Below are positions 9,149 to 19,933 of a stretch of DNA of 64,000 bases, in pieces. The stretch's first letter is position 1. Each line of letters starts with the position of its first letter. Source of the DNA: an uncultured Solirubrobacterales bacterium (GTDB lineage Bacteria > Actinomycetota > Thermoleophilia > Solirubrobacterales > Solirubrobacteraceae); assembly GCA_963764325.1 (NCBI GenBank), contig CAVXSE010000001.1, positions 644,236 to 708,235 on the forward strand, written 5' to 3'. A program made the translations under genes and the position numbers. The notes beneath the pieces are model-generated. The model worked only from the letters and a program-made list of their open reading frames with translations, did no database searches and was not told the DNA's origin.

Positions 9149-9869
9149 CGTTGATCCGCAAGCTGGGAACAGAGTTCGTGCACTTCTTCCTGCTCGAGCA
9201 AGACGGCGAGGTCACGCTGATCGACGCCGGCCTAAGCGGATACCGCTCCAGCCTGGAGCCCGCGCTGGCCGAAATGGGCCTGTCGATCGACGACGTCAAG
9301 GCGATCGTCCTGACCCACGCCGACCCCGACCACGTCGGGTTCGCGGGCGAACTGCAACAGACGCACGGGATCCCGGTCTACGTCCACCGTGCAGACAGCG
9401 AGCGCACGCGGCAGGGCAAGACCAAGCAGACCGAAGGATCGCCGCTGGCCATGCTCGCGATGCTCAAGTACGCCCACGGCCGCCGCGTGCTGCGCCACAT
9501 GGTCGCCAACGGCGGGGCGAAGCAGTCCAAGGTCCCGAGGTCGTCGCTTTCGATGACGGCGACGAGCTCGACGTGCCAGGACGGCTTCGCGTGATTCACA
9601 CCCCCGGGCATACCGAGGGTCACTGCGTCCTCTACGCCCCATCAGAGGACGCGCTGTTCGTCGGTGACGCCATCAACAACCTCGACATCTTCACCGGAGA
9701 ACCCGGCGCGCACGTCGCTCCCCAGGCCGCGAACACCTCCACTGACCAGGCCTACGAATCGCTTTCGAAGATCGAGCAAGTCGACGCTCGAACCCTCTAC
9801 TTCGGCCACGGCGAGCCAGCCACGCAAGGGAGCCGCGCGATCGTCGCCGAGGCGCGCGCCAGACGGTGA
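9145..9869 (+). CDS. MBL-fold metallo-hydrolase, frameshift near 9540
   Basis: LIDAG, THADPDHVG, HTPGHTEGH, FVGDA, FGHG. Confidence 0.88.
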
Positions 9870-10062
9870 TCAGACGCGCCGCGCAGCCCGCGCGACAGCG
9901 GCTGGCATCGGCAGGCCGACCACGAGCTCGGCGTCAAGAGCGACGTCCGAGAGCGCAACTGCGAACCGATCGCGGCACGGTCCGGCTTGCGGTCAGCTGG
10001 ACGCGTCCTGTACGATCCTGCGATTTAAGGCGCCATGGGCAGTGAGCCAAGGAGGGACGGCA

Positions 10063-11226
10063 ATGGGACGCAGGACGCGGATCGGTGCGTTGTTGACGGG
10101 GATTTTGATCGCAGGGATGACGATCGGCATCCAGGGTGCCTACGGCGCGCGCGGCCGAGCTGATGCTGCGCCGGCGCTTCCTCAGCCGGTGAGCGTAGAC
10201 GCCGGGTATCGGCGTGCGTGCGCGGTCGTCGTCACCGGGCAGGTCTACTGCTGGGGCGTGTCGGGGTATGGCACGCTCAGCAACGGGCAGAAAAAAACGT
10301 CTGTGCCGCTCGAAGTGCCGGGCATCGATGATGCCGTCGAAGTCTCCACCGGCTACCAGTTCACCTGTGCGAGGCTCGAAACCGGCGACGTCGCGTGCTG
10401 GGGCAAAGGTGGCGTCGGACAGCTTGGCGGCGGTCACCGTGAAAACTCCACGGAACCAGTCGTCGTGAACGGCATCGACTCTGCTGTGAGCATCACTGCA
10501 GGCAGGTATGGCGCTTGCGCCGTGGTGGCGTCCGGTCAGGTCTACTGCTGGGGCTACGGCCCAGAAGGCGCTCTCGGAGACGGCCACAAAGAACCCAAAT
10601 ACGCGGCGCTCTCGCCGGTGCCTGTCTCGGGCATCTCAGAAGCCATCAGCGTCGCATCGAGCGGCGAGGGCTCCTGCGCTCTGCTTAGCTCCGGCCGCGT
10701 CGAATGCTGGGGGGACGGGTCGTTGGGGCAGCTGGGTGACGGCTCGACGGCATCCTCCGCGGTGCCGGTGCCCGTCGATCGGCTTGGCGATGCAACGCAG
10801 CTCGTGGCCGGGGAATCCGAATCCTGTGCGATCGAAGATGGCTTCGTCGACTGCTGGGGTTCCGGCGCCGAAAACTGGGGCGACTCGCCAGTCGAAGTCG
10901 GTGGCGTCGAAAGAGCGGTCCAGGTCGATACGTCGGGGCACCAGGCGTGCGCCGTTGTCGAAGGCGGCGAAGTCGAGTGTTGGGGCTCCGGTCAGTACGG
11001 AGACCTCGGCGACGAAAGCTACGAATCGAGTCTCACGCCCGTGCTCGTCTCAGGTTTGACGCCTGCGGTTGATGTGTCGACCGGTCAGAGCTTCGGCTGT
11101 GCGCTGCTCGAAACCGGCCAGATTCGCTGTTGGGGCGAAGGCGCGTACGGTCAGCTCGGCAGCGGAACGTTCTTCAGAAAACCGACATACGGCTCGCTCG
11201 ATCCCGTCACGGTCGAGGGCTTCTAA
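10063..11226 (+). CDS. Secreted RCC1-repeat beta-propeller protein
   Basis: Signal peptide; seven C(A)...G.V.CWG repeats, several with GQLG. Confidence 0.9.
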   Translation: MGRRTRIGALLTGILIAGMTIGIQGAYGARGRADAAPALPQPVSVDAGYRRACAVVVTGQVYCWGVSGYGTLSNGQKKTSVPLEVPGIDDAVEVSTGYQFTCARLETGDVACWGKGGVGQLGGGHRENSTEPVVVNGIDSAVSITAGRYGACAVVASGQVYCWGYGPEGALGDGHKEPKYAALSPVPVSGISEAISVASSGEGSCALLSSGRVECWGDGSLGQLGDGSTASSAVPVPVDRLGDATQLVAGESESCAIEDGFVDCWGSGAENWGDSPVEVGGVERAVQVDTSGHQACAVVEGGEVECWGSGQYGDLGDESYESSLTPVLVSGLTPAVDVSTGQSFGCALLETGQIRCWGEGAYGQLGSGTFFRKPTYGSLDPVTVEGF

Positions 11227-11352
11227 GACCCTAGGCGACGGACGGCAGGCGCGCGCCTACCTTCTCGCGACCGAGCGCGGCGCCGCCGCCCGCGCCCGTA
11301 GCGGCCCGCGGCCCGAGCCACCGGCGCCGGCGCCGGCGCGTTGCGCGAGGCG

Positions 11353-12162
11353 TCAGGCCGGGTTGGCCGCGAGGAACTCGAGTAGCTGCGCGTTCGCCTC
11401 GACTGGGCGCTCGTCCCAGATGAAGTGACCGGCGCCCTCGAGGACAGCGAGTGTCGAGCCGTCGAGTTCGTCGTGGAAGCGCTCCGCGAGCGCGATCGGC
11501 CCGAACGGGTCAAGCTCGCCCCACAGAACGAGCGTCGGCAGGCCGAGCGCGGCGAGCTTTCCCTCGTACGGCTGGAGCTTCTCGAAGTCGCCGGAACGGT
11601 AGAGCTCAAGGTGCCCGCGCCTGCGGTCGGAGTCCTCGAAGCAGCGGAAGTACTCGTCGACCGTGGCCGTCTCGATGCCCGGTACGAGCGCTTCGATCGC
11701 CGCGCCGAAGGCTTCGCGTGTCATCGCTTCGACGAGCGCCTCCCCGTCGCCGGGTGTGCGCAGCGTGTTTGCGAGGTCGTGCCAGCGCCGGTCGGCGAAG
11801 AAGCCACCGTCGGAGATGACGAGCGCGCGAGTCGCGCCGGGTGCGTCGCACGCCCACCGCAGGCCGATCAACGCGCCCCAGTCGTGCGTGACGAGGACGA
11901 CTGGGGCGAGGTCGAGCTCGCGCACGAACGCGTCGAGCATTTCGACGTGGTGCTCCCAGGTGCCGGGCGGGTTCACGGGCGAGCCGCCGTAGCCCGCGAG
12001 GTCCGGCGCGATCGCCCGCCAGCCGTCGGCGGCGAGGACCACGAGCGTCTCGCGCCACATGTACGACGACTCGGGGTAGCCGTGCACGAGCAGCACCACC
12101 GGCGCGTCGCTCCCGCCGGCCTCGCGGTACGCAAGTCCCGCGGCTCGAGGAAGGTCCTCCAT
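11353..12162 (-). CDS. Alpha/beta hydrolase (haloalkane dehalogenase/epoxide hydrolase family)
   Basis: HGYP, PDLAGYG, HDWG Asp nucleophile, GHF. Confidence 0.88.
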   Translation of the reverse strand: MEDLPRAAGLAYREAGGSDAPVVLLVHGYPESSYMWRETLVVLAADGWRAIAPDLAGYGGSPVNPPGTWEHHVEMLDAFVRELDLAPVVLVTHDWGALIGLRWACDAPGATRALVISDGGFFADRRWHDLANTLRTPGDGEALVEAMTREAFGAAIEALVPGIETATVDEYFRCFEDSDRRRGHLELYRSGDFEKLQPYEGKLAALGLPTLVLWGELDPFGPIALAERFHDELDGSTLAVLEGAGHFIWDERPVEANAQLLEFLAANPA

Positions 12163-12357
12163 GGCGGCGATCCTACGCTCTGATCGCGGTCCCGTGCGGA
12201 TCGCCGCCGACAACGCGGCGCTCAGGGCGCGCGGCCCCTCGCGAGAGGAGAAAGCAGGTACGGTCGACGTATCGGTAGGAAAGCGCGGGGACGCCGCGGC
12301 CGAGCCGGCGGCGCCCCCACCAACGACAGCTGCTTTAGAGCGAGAGAGGAGAAGCAA

Positions 12358-12777
12358 ATGGCGACATCTCCAGCTGATTTCAACGCCCAGGTAATCGAGG
12401 AGTTCCGGGCCAACGAAGGTCGCGTCGGTGGCATGTTCGAGGGCGGCGACCTGCTGCTGCTTCACCACGTTGGCGCGAAGTCCGGTACGGAGCGGGTCAA
12501 CCCGCTCGTTTACCGACGGGACGGCGAGCGCTACGTCGTGTTCGCGTCAAAGGCCGGCGCGCCGACGCATCCTGCCTGGTACCTGAACCTGAAGGCGAAT
12601 CCCGACGCCAAGATCGAGGTCGGGAACGAGACGATCGACGTCGTCGCAAGCGACGCGGAAGGCGAGGAACGGGACCGCATCTACGCGGAAAACGCGGAAC
12701 GCTACCCGCAGTTCTCGGAATACGAGGCGAGCGCGGGAGGAAGGGTCATCCCGGTGGTCATCCTGACGCCCCGTTGA
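12358..12777 (+). CDS. Deazaflavin (F420)-dependent nitroreductase family protein
   Basis: FNAQVIEEFRAN, GAKSG..R, ASKAG...PAWYLNL. Confidence 0.92.
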   Translation: MATSPADFNAQVIEEFRANEGRVGGMFEGGDLLLLHHVGAKSGTERVNPLVYRRDGERYVVFASKAGAPTHPAWYLNLKANPDAKIEVGNETIDVVASDAEGEERDRIYAENAERYPQFSEYEASAGGRVIPVVILTPR

Positions 12778-12932
12778 GCTTGCGGCGTCCGGCCGCGTGA
12801 AAGCAGTCTCAGGATCGGATCACGAAAAAGTACTTATTTACAGCCAAAACAGCGAAGGCGCTTGTTACGTTCCGGGTACGGAAAAGTAAGCGCCGGGGCC
12901 GCGAGCTTCGGAAGCGCAGGGAAAGGATCACG

Positions 12933-13358
12933 ATGCGCATCACGCCAGTCGCAGCCGTTGCCGCAATCAGCATGCTCGCCGCAGCACCCGTGAGCTCCGC
13001 CGCAGTCGGCCACCCCGATGTACACCGCGGAACGCAGGTCAAGAAGCAGAGCGTCGCTTTCACGACGACCTACAACGCGAGCGAATACTACGGCGGCGTC
13101 ACGTGCACCGGCGTCCACATCGTCAGCGCGAAGTTCCCCGGCGGCAAGGACGCCGAGACGTGCACGACAACCGAAGGAAAGCTGTCGCACATGAAGGCCG
13201 GCGCCGGACAGCAAGCGTTCGAAAACCTCAGCGGCGGCTTCACCGTCGGCTGGGACTCGGACTACAACGGCGTGTACACGAGCAACTACACGTTCAAGGT
13301 GAACCGCAAGCTCACTAAGTTCAAGCTCGTCGCGGTCTACCCGGCGCCTGAAGCCTAA
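12933..13358 (+). CDS. Small secreted hypothetical protein
   Basis: Signal peptide, GC3-biased codons, AAGGA SD, one Cys pair. Confidence 0.7.
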   Translation: MRITPVAAVAAISMLAAAPVSSAAVGHPDVHRGTQVKKQSVAFTTTYNASEYYGGVTCTGVHIVSAKFPGGKDAETCTTTEGKLSHMKAGAGQQAFENLSGGFTVGWDSDYNGVYTSNYTFKVNRKLTKFKLVAVYPAPEA

Positions 13359-13385
13359 GAGCGGCCCGCACACGCGGGAAAAAGG

Positions 13386-13410
13386 GGGCGCGTCCTGGTG
13401 GGCGCGCCCT
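13386..13410 (-). terminator. Intrinsic terminator between convergent genes
   Basis: GGGCGCGTCC-TGGT-GGGCGCGCCC hairpin preceded by AAAAA (U-tract on minus strand). Confidence 0.6.
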
Positions 13411-13457
13411 CGGACGTTTCCGATCCTTTTCTTCGCCTTCGCCTGCGCGGGGCCGGC

Positions 13458-13944
13458 TCAGCTGAGCGGCGCGCAGGCCGTGAGGCCGAAGGGGTGTGCG
13501 ACGCGCGCGAAGTCCGCAAAGACGCCCGTCGCGGGCAGGTCGGGCCGCTCGTCAAGTCGCCGCACGTCGCTCTGGACGATGGCCAGCATTGAAGAGACCT
13601 CCGCCTTCGCGCCCGCAGGGGCGCCCAGCGCCCTGATCTGAGCAACCTGCGCTTCGATCATCGGCACGTACGTCGAGCGCACGACGGCGACCTTCGACGC
13701 GCCGCGGAGCGTCGCCAGACGGAAAGTCGCAGCGCTGAGCGCCGGATCGCCCTTGGCGCAGATCGCATTCGCCTCCGCCACGAAGCGTGACTTCGTAAGC
13801 GGTGCTGTCGGCGCTCGACCGCGTGCTCGCCGTAGAACCACAGCCCGCGATCGCGCACGCCACCACCAAGATGGAGGCGACACCGAGCGCCCCGACACGG
13901 GGGCTAGGCGGGGCGGTATCTGCGGCGGCGTTACGCTCTCTCAT
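13458..13944 (-). CDS. Putative lipoprotein (frameshift near 13800)
   Basis: Lipobox IAGC, then LTKSRFVAEANAIC...FGLTAC in the adjacent frame. Confidence 0.65.
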
Positions 13945-14140
13945 CGGACGAACCTCGCACGCGCACTTGCGCGGCGCGACAGGTTTAAGTCGGCGCTCGG
14001 CGTCGCCCGTCGTGAGCGCTGCAGGGGCGCTCGCAGCCGCGCATGCATCATCCGTCCAGCGCGCGCGCACGTGCGACAGAGGAGCGCCGAATCGCCCGAT
14101 CGCGTTGGGAGGAAGCCGGCGAAATCGACCGCCAGCACGG

Positions 14141-16564
14141 ATGCAAGAAAGCGACATTCAAAGCCCCGCCGCAGCAGTCGCCCACCCCGCGATCGGCTTC
14201 GCGGCACTCCGCTTTCAGACCGCAAGGCGTTTCGCGAACATGTTCCGCGGCCGCAACGCCGTGATGTTCGCAGCGACCGGCGTGCTGATGATCGCGGGCG
14301 CGATGACCGCGGTGTCGGGATCGCGCACCGTGGCGCGATCCGACGCGAACCGCGAAATGCTCGCGTTCCGCTTTGGCTCCGACGAGGTCGCGTCGACGCT
14401 CAAACTCGCGATCCAGCACGAGGAAGACCTCGTCGTCTCGGCGAGCGCATTCGTCGCGAGCCACCCCCACGTCTCTCCGCAGGAATTCGACCGCTGGGTC
14501 GAAGCGGTGCACGCCATCCGGCGCTACCCGGAGCTCGAGAACGTCGGGCTCGTCAAGTACGTGCCGGCGGCGGAGCTGCCGGCATTCCAGGCCGCGATGG
14601 CAGCACACCCACTACGGCCGTTCGGGGCGGCATCGCTCGGCCCGCGGGAAAGCGAGATCGTGCCGCCCGGCGTCCACCCCTACTACTGTCTGGCATCGGC
14701 CGGCGTCGCGCGTTCCGCGACGAGCTACGTCCCGGCAGGCCTTGACTACTGCGCGGTCGCGCCGTCGCTGGAGAGCAGCCGCACATCGGGGCAGGCAAAC
14801 TTTGCGCCGTTCAGTGACGGCGCCACGACGGATCTCGCGGTGGAGACGCCGGTCTACCGCGGCGGCCTCGTGCCGCACACGGTTGCGGCCCGCCGGCGCG
14901 ACTTCGTGGGCTGGCTCGGCGAGCTGCTGGTTCCCGGAATCGTCCTCGACCGGGCTCTCCAAGGGCACCCCAACGTCGCCGTCACGTTCCGCTACAACGC
15001 CCACCACCAGCACGTGACGCTGAACAGCGGGAAAGCGCCCCGCGACGCACAGACGCTGTCCATCAATCTGCACAACGGCTGGACCGTGCAGACCTTCGGC
15101 CCCCGCGTGACGTCGGGCATCTTCGACGACGGCTACGCGCTCACGCTGCTGGTCGGCGGCGTGCTGCTCTGCCTGATGCTTCGGCGCTGCTGGCGATCGT
15201 GCTCGCGACGAGCCGCCGGCGGGCGCTGGCGCTGGTCAACGAGAAGACGCGCGAGCTCTCGCACCAGGCGATGCACGACATGCTGACGGGCCTGCCCAAC
15301 CGCGCGCTCGTGCTCGACCGCGCCGAACAGCTGATCGCGCGCACCTCGCGCGAGTCGCGGCTGCTCGCGGGCGCGCTGTTCATCGACATCGACGGTTTCA
15401 AGCACGTCAACGACAACCTCGGTCACGCCGCCGGCGACCAACTGCTGAGGACGATCGGCGAACGTCTGCAGGCAACGGTGCGCGAAGGCGACACGGTCGG
15501 CCGGCTCGGCGGCGACGAGTTCGTGGTGCTCGTCGAAACTGCCGCCGGCGAGGGCGGTCTCAATGCCCTCGCGGACCGCCTGACCGAGGTGCTGCGCGAG
15601 CCGATAGAGCTCGACGACGGTCGCAAGATCTCCTCGGTGACGGCGAGTATCGGCGTCGCGTCCGGCCGTTACGCGAGTCCCGACGCGCTGCTGCGCGACG
15701 CCGACCTCGCGCTGTACGCGGCGAAGGCCGACGGCAAGGACCGTTACGCCCTCTTCGAGCCGAGCATGCAATCGGGCGTCGACGGGCAGCGCGAGCTGCA
15801 GGCCGACTCGGCGCCGCCCTTCCGAGACGGCCAGTTCTACCTCGACTACCAGCCGATGTTCCGGCTGCCCGAGCGCGCGATCGTCGGCGTCGAGGCCCTG
15901 ATCCGATGGCGCCACCCCGAACGCGGCGTGGTGATGCCCGACGAGTTCATTCCGCTCGCGGAGGCGAGCGGGCTGATCGTCGCGATCGGCCGCTGGGTGA
16001 TCCTCGACGGCGTGCGCGCAGGGCGCCGATTGGGCCGCTCGCGGCACCCCGCTCGGGGTCTCCGTCAACGTCTCGGCGCACCAGATCGATCGCCGGACGT
16101 TCGCCGACGACGTACGCGCTGCTCTCGACGCCACGGGCCTGCAAGCCTCTGCGCTGACGCTCGAGATCACGGAGACGGTGCTGATGCGCGACGCCTCGGC
16201 CGCTTCTGCGCAGCTCGAGGAACTGCGAGCGCAGGGCGTCCGCATCGCGATCGACGATTTCGGCACCGGCTACGCCTCGCTCTCGAATCTTCAGCGTGTG
16301 CCCGTCGACATCCTGAAGGTGGATCGCAGCTTCGTGGCGGCGCTCAACGACGGCGGCCAGAGCAGCGAGCTCTCGAACGCCGTGCTCGGCGTCGGGCGTG
16401 CGCTGGCCCTGGAGGTCGTCGCGGAGGGGGTCGAAAAGCCGAGCCAGCTGCTGGCGCTGGAAGAGATGGGCTGCGCGATGGCGCAGGGCTATCTGATGGG
16501 GTATCCCGCCCCGGCGTCCGAGGTCGAGCACGGCAACGCCGACGCGGGAGCGCGGAGCCGCTGA
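14141..16564 (+). CDS. CHASE-like sensor + GGDEF + EAL c-di-GMP enzyme (frameshifts near 15180 and 16000)
   Basis: Two TMs flanking extracellular domain; REGD I-site and GGDEF; EAL; DDFGTG; EGVE. Confidence 0.88.
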
Positions 16565-16567
16565 GGC

Positions 16568-18082
16568 TCAGCTTCGGGCCAGCGCCGCCGGAGCACCCAC
16601 CGCGGCGCGAGAGAAACGGAGCACGCCGTCGTCGACCGCGCCTTCGCGCAGGCGCGACGAGGTCGTCGGCATAGCTCATCTTGATCTCCCACGGACCGGT
16701 GCCCTGCTGCGGGAAACGGTCGAGCGCACGCTGGACGTAGCCGGCGGCGAACTCCAGGAAGGGCCGTGTCGGCATCGCGGGGTCGGTGTTGACGGGCACA
16801 CACGCGTCGTAGCGGCGCTCGTCCATGAACGACATCAAGCGGCAGGCGTAATCGCAGACCAGGTCGACCTTCAATGTCCACGAGGCGTTCGTGTAGCCGA
16901 AGATGAAGAAGAGGTTCGGCACGTCGCTCATCATCAGGCTCTTGTAGACAAGCCTCGTCCGCGACGTCGACGCGTCTCGCCGTCGACGCTCACGTCGATG
17001 CCTCCGAAGGCCTGAAGGTCAAGGCCCGTGGCCGTCACGATCACGTCGGCCTCGAGTTCCTGCCCGAGCGCAGGAGGATGCCGCGCTCCGTGAACGTCTC
17101 GATGTGGTCGGTCACGACGTCCGCGCGCCCCGCGCAAATCGCGTCGAACATGTCTCCGTCGGGTACCGCGCACAGCCGCTGATCCCACGGGTCGTAGTCG
17201 GCGTGAAGTGCGTGTCGATGTCGAAGCCGTCGGGCAGCCGCGATTCCAGGCCCCGGCGCAGAACGCGCCTGACGAGTTCGGGTGCGATCGGCTCAAGCGG
17301 TAGATGTTGCGCTGAAGCCAGACGTTCTTGCGGCGCGTCAGCTCATACGCGCGCTGGGCCGAGACGAAGCGTGAGAACAGCTTCGCCAGCGGATCGTGGC
17401 GCGGCAGCGAGATGATGTAGCTCGGCGAGCGCTGCAGCATCGTGACCTGCGCGGCGCGTTCGGCCATCGCCGGCAGCAGCGTCACGGCGGTCGCTCCGCT
17501 GCCGATGATCACGACGCGCCTGCCGTCGTAGTCGAGGTCCGCCGGCCACGCTTGCGGATGAACGACGTCGCCCTGGAAGCGATCGACGCCGTCGAAATGC
17601 GGCGTGTACCCGTGGTCGTAGCTGAAGTAGCCGGCGGCGATGAACAGCCACGAGCAGGTGATCGCGTAAGCGGCCCCTTCCGCCGGTTTCACCGTCACCG
17701 TCCAGAGCGCTTCGTCGCTCGACCAGGAAGCCGAGACCACGCGCTGCTGGTAGCGAATGTGTGGCGCGACGCCGTGCTCGTCGGCGGTCTCGCGCACGTA
17801 GTCGAGGATCGCGGGGCCGTCGGCGATCGCTTCCTCGCTGAGCCAGGGCTTGAAGGCGTAGCCGTAGGTGTGAAGGTCCGAGTCGGACCTGATTCCCGGA
17901 TAGCGAAAGAGGTCCCACGTGCCACCGCTTGCCGCCCGCTCCTCGAGAATCGCGTAGCGCTTGCCGGGCAGGCGAGCGTTCAAATAACAGGCGACGCCGA
18001 TGCCCGAGATGCCGGCGCCGACGATCAGCGCGTCGAGGTGCTCGACGGCCTCGTTGGAGGCGGCTTCTGTGATTGACGCCAC
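16568..18082 (-). CDS. Baeyer-Villiger-type flavin monooxygenase (EthA-like), several frameshifts
   Basis: [27 protein letters not shown] fingerprint, [18 protein letters not shown]. Confidence 0.9.
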
Positions 18083-18223
18083 GACACTCCTTGCCCCGGA
18101 TTCGAACGACTGCGGCTGCGCGCCGGTCAGCAAAGGATGACAGCGCGGCGTACTTGCCGCCGCGCTCCCGATCGTCGCTCTCGCCGCCGAGCGGGAGCAG
18201 TCGGGCGGTGGTAGCCTCGCGGC

Positions 18224-18682
18224 ATGGCGCGCGCGGGGAGCGTTAGCGACCTTGAAAGCGGACAGCCGACACGCGGCGATGACGGCGTCCTTTGCATCTA
18301 CCGCGAAGGGCGAGCGGGGCGCAAGGCTCTCGCGGACCTGCGTACTCTCGCCTCGGAGGGACACCCCCTGACCGTCCTGGTGGAGGTGCCCCAGGCCGAC
18401 TCGCTCCACTGCTGCAGGCCGGGGATCTTCGAGTACAACATCGCGGTCCGCGAGGACTGCGAGCGCGAACTCGGGAACGCACGGGGAGCGCTCGCCGGCC
18501 TGTCTGAGACCAGGTTCGCGCTGCTCTTCGAGCACGACGGCGATGCGCTCGTGCGCTGGCTTGAGCCGCACAGTTTCCGCAGCGTTCTGCTGGCCACCGA
18601 ACGCCGCGGAATCGCGCGCCGCCTGCAGGTGCGGCGGGTTCGCCGCGCGTGCAGGGCACCGGTCCTCGTCTTCACGCGCTGA
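18224..18682 (+). CDS. Hypothetical protein, possibly universal-stress-protein-like fold
   Basis: Leaderless TAGCCT-N6-ATG; C-terminal ACRAPVLV typical of USP. Confidence 0.5.
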   Translation: MARAGSVSDLESGQPTRGDDGVLCIYREGRAGRKALADLRTLASEGHPLTVLVEVPQADSLHCCRPGIFEYNIAVREDCERELGNARGALAGLSETRFALLFEHDGDALVRWLEPHSFRSVLLATERRGIARRLQVRRVRRACRAPVLVFTR

Positions 18683-18782
18683 GCGTGCCGCGCGACGTCG
18701 CGCCGGTCGGATCGTTCGCCTACGGGCCCGTGGAGTAAAGTGGCGCGCTCAGCAATCGCCTTACGTGACCGAAAGGGGAACG

Positions 18783-19517
18783 ATGAAGGTCATAGGAGCG
18801 GGGCTGCCGCGCACCGGCACCCTCACGCAAAAGATGGCTCTCGAAATGCTCGGACTCGGCCCCTGCTACCACATGGTCAACGTCCTCTCCGACCTCGAAC
18901 AGGCGCAGCTGTGGGCTCGCGCGCTCGACGGTGAGCCGGTCTGGGACGAGGTCTTCGACGGCTTCCAGTCGACGGTCGACTGGCCTGGCGGCTACTTCAC
19001 GCTGGCGCTCGCCGAGCGCTACCCGGAGGCGAAGGTCGTCCTCAGCGTGCGCGACAAGCAGCGCTGGGCCGAAAGCATGCACGAGACCGTGTGGGCAGTT
19101 CGCAACGGCGACTCGCTGACCCGCGCGCTATCCGACGCCCGCGCCCACATCGACCCACAGTGGAAGGCGTTCCTCGGCATGATCGACTCGCTGCTGTGGC
19201 GCGGCCAGGGCACGTTCGCGCAGGAACCGGAGAGCATGGACGCGCTGATCGACGCGGCAGAGGCCCACGAGGACGCGGTCCGCGCCGCGATACCTGCGGA
19301 CCGCCTGCTCGTCTGGGATGTCCGCGAAGGCTGGGAGCCGCTGTGTGCGTTCCTCGAGCTGCCCGTGCCCGAGGTCGAGCTTCCCCACATCAACGATCGG
19401 GTCGAGTTCCTGGGACGCATCGCGGACGGCACGATCGAAGCGCTCCAGCAGTGGCGTGACGCCGCCGTCGAGACCGCGGGTGACCTGGAGAGCCCGGAGC
19501 CCTCGGCCGAGCGCTAG
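18783..19517 (+). CDS. Sulfotransferase-family (P-loop) protein
   Basis: KVIGAGLPRTGT, GPCYHM, VDWP, GWEPLCAFL. Confidence 0.9.
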   Translation: MKVIGAGLPRTGTLTQKMALEMLGLGPCYHMVNVLSDLEQAQLWARALDGEPVWDEVFDGFQSTVDWPGGYFTLALAERYPEAKVVLSVRDKQRWAESMHETVWAVRNGDSLTRALSDARAHIDPQWKAFLGMIDSLLWRGQGTFAQEPESMDALIDAAEAHEDAVRAAIPADRLLVWDVREGWEPLCAFLELPVPEVELPHINDRVEFLGRIADGTIEALQQWRDAAVETAGDLESPEPSAER

Positions 19518-19846
19518 GCCTGGTCGGCGGGGCCGACGCTCGCGATGCCCGTGACGTCCTCACCGGCCGCGAGCAGGAAGCGGCCGCGTGAGCCGGCGGC
19601 GCGCATCGCCTGGAACGGCCGGTACGCGTCGCTGGCGTAAAAGAGCTCGGCGGCCTCCTTCGAAGGCCATTCGATGATCACCACCGTCTGCGGCGCCGCG
19701 CCGTGCCCCTCGACCAGCGCGACGTCGCCGGTGCGAGCGAGGTAGCGCCCGCCTGCCGCTTCGACCAGTGGCGAGGTCCCCAGGACGTACTCGCGGACCC
19801 ACGCTGTCTCTGTGACGTCTATCTCGGCCACCGTGTAGTAGCGCAC
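19514..19846 (-). CDS. DUF1330 protein
   Basis: GGRYLAR...VIIEWPS...FYASDAY. Confidence 0.85.
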   Translation of the reverse strand: MRYYTVAEIDVTETAWVREYVLGTSPLVEAAGGRYLARTGDVALVEGHGAAPQTVVIIEWPSKEAAELFYASDAYRPFQAMRAAGSRGRFLLAAGEDVTGIASVGPADQA

Positions 19847-19933
19847 CGTCGGCAGCCTACCCCGGCTCTCTTTAGGGACGCTGCTCGCCGCGCTACAGGG
19901 CCGTGCGCGCGAGGTCGATAGATCCAGTGGAAG

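Noticed and set aside
10200-11200. Periodic TGCTGGGG repeats as CRISPR-like array
   Set aside because: They encode the CWG motif of RCC1 repeats; no CRISPR array or cas gene seen in the window
13945-14140. c-di-GMP riboswitch ahead of the GGDEF-EAL gene
   Set aside because: No class I or II consensus recognised
16568-19517. BVMO + sulfotransferase as a biosynthetic cluster
   Set aside because: No scaffold-building enzyme; mixed orientations
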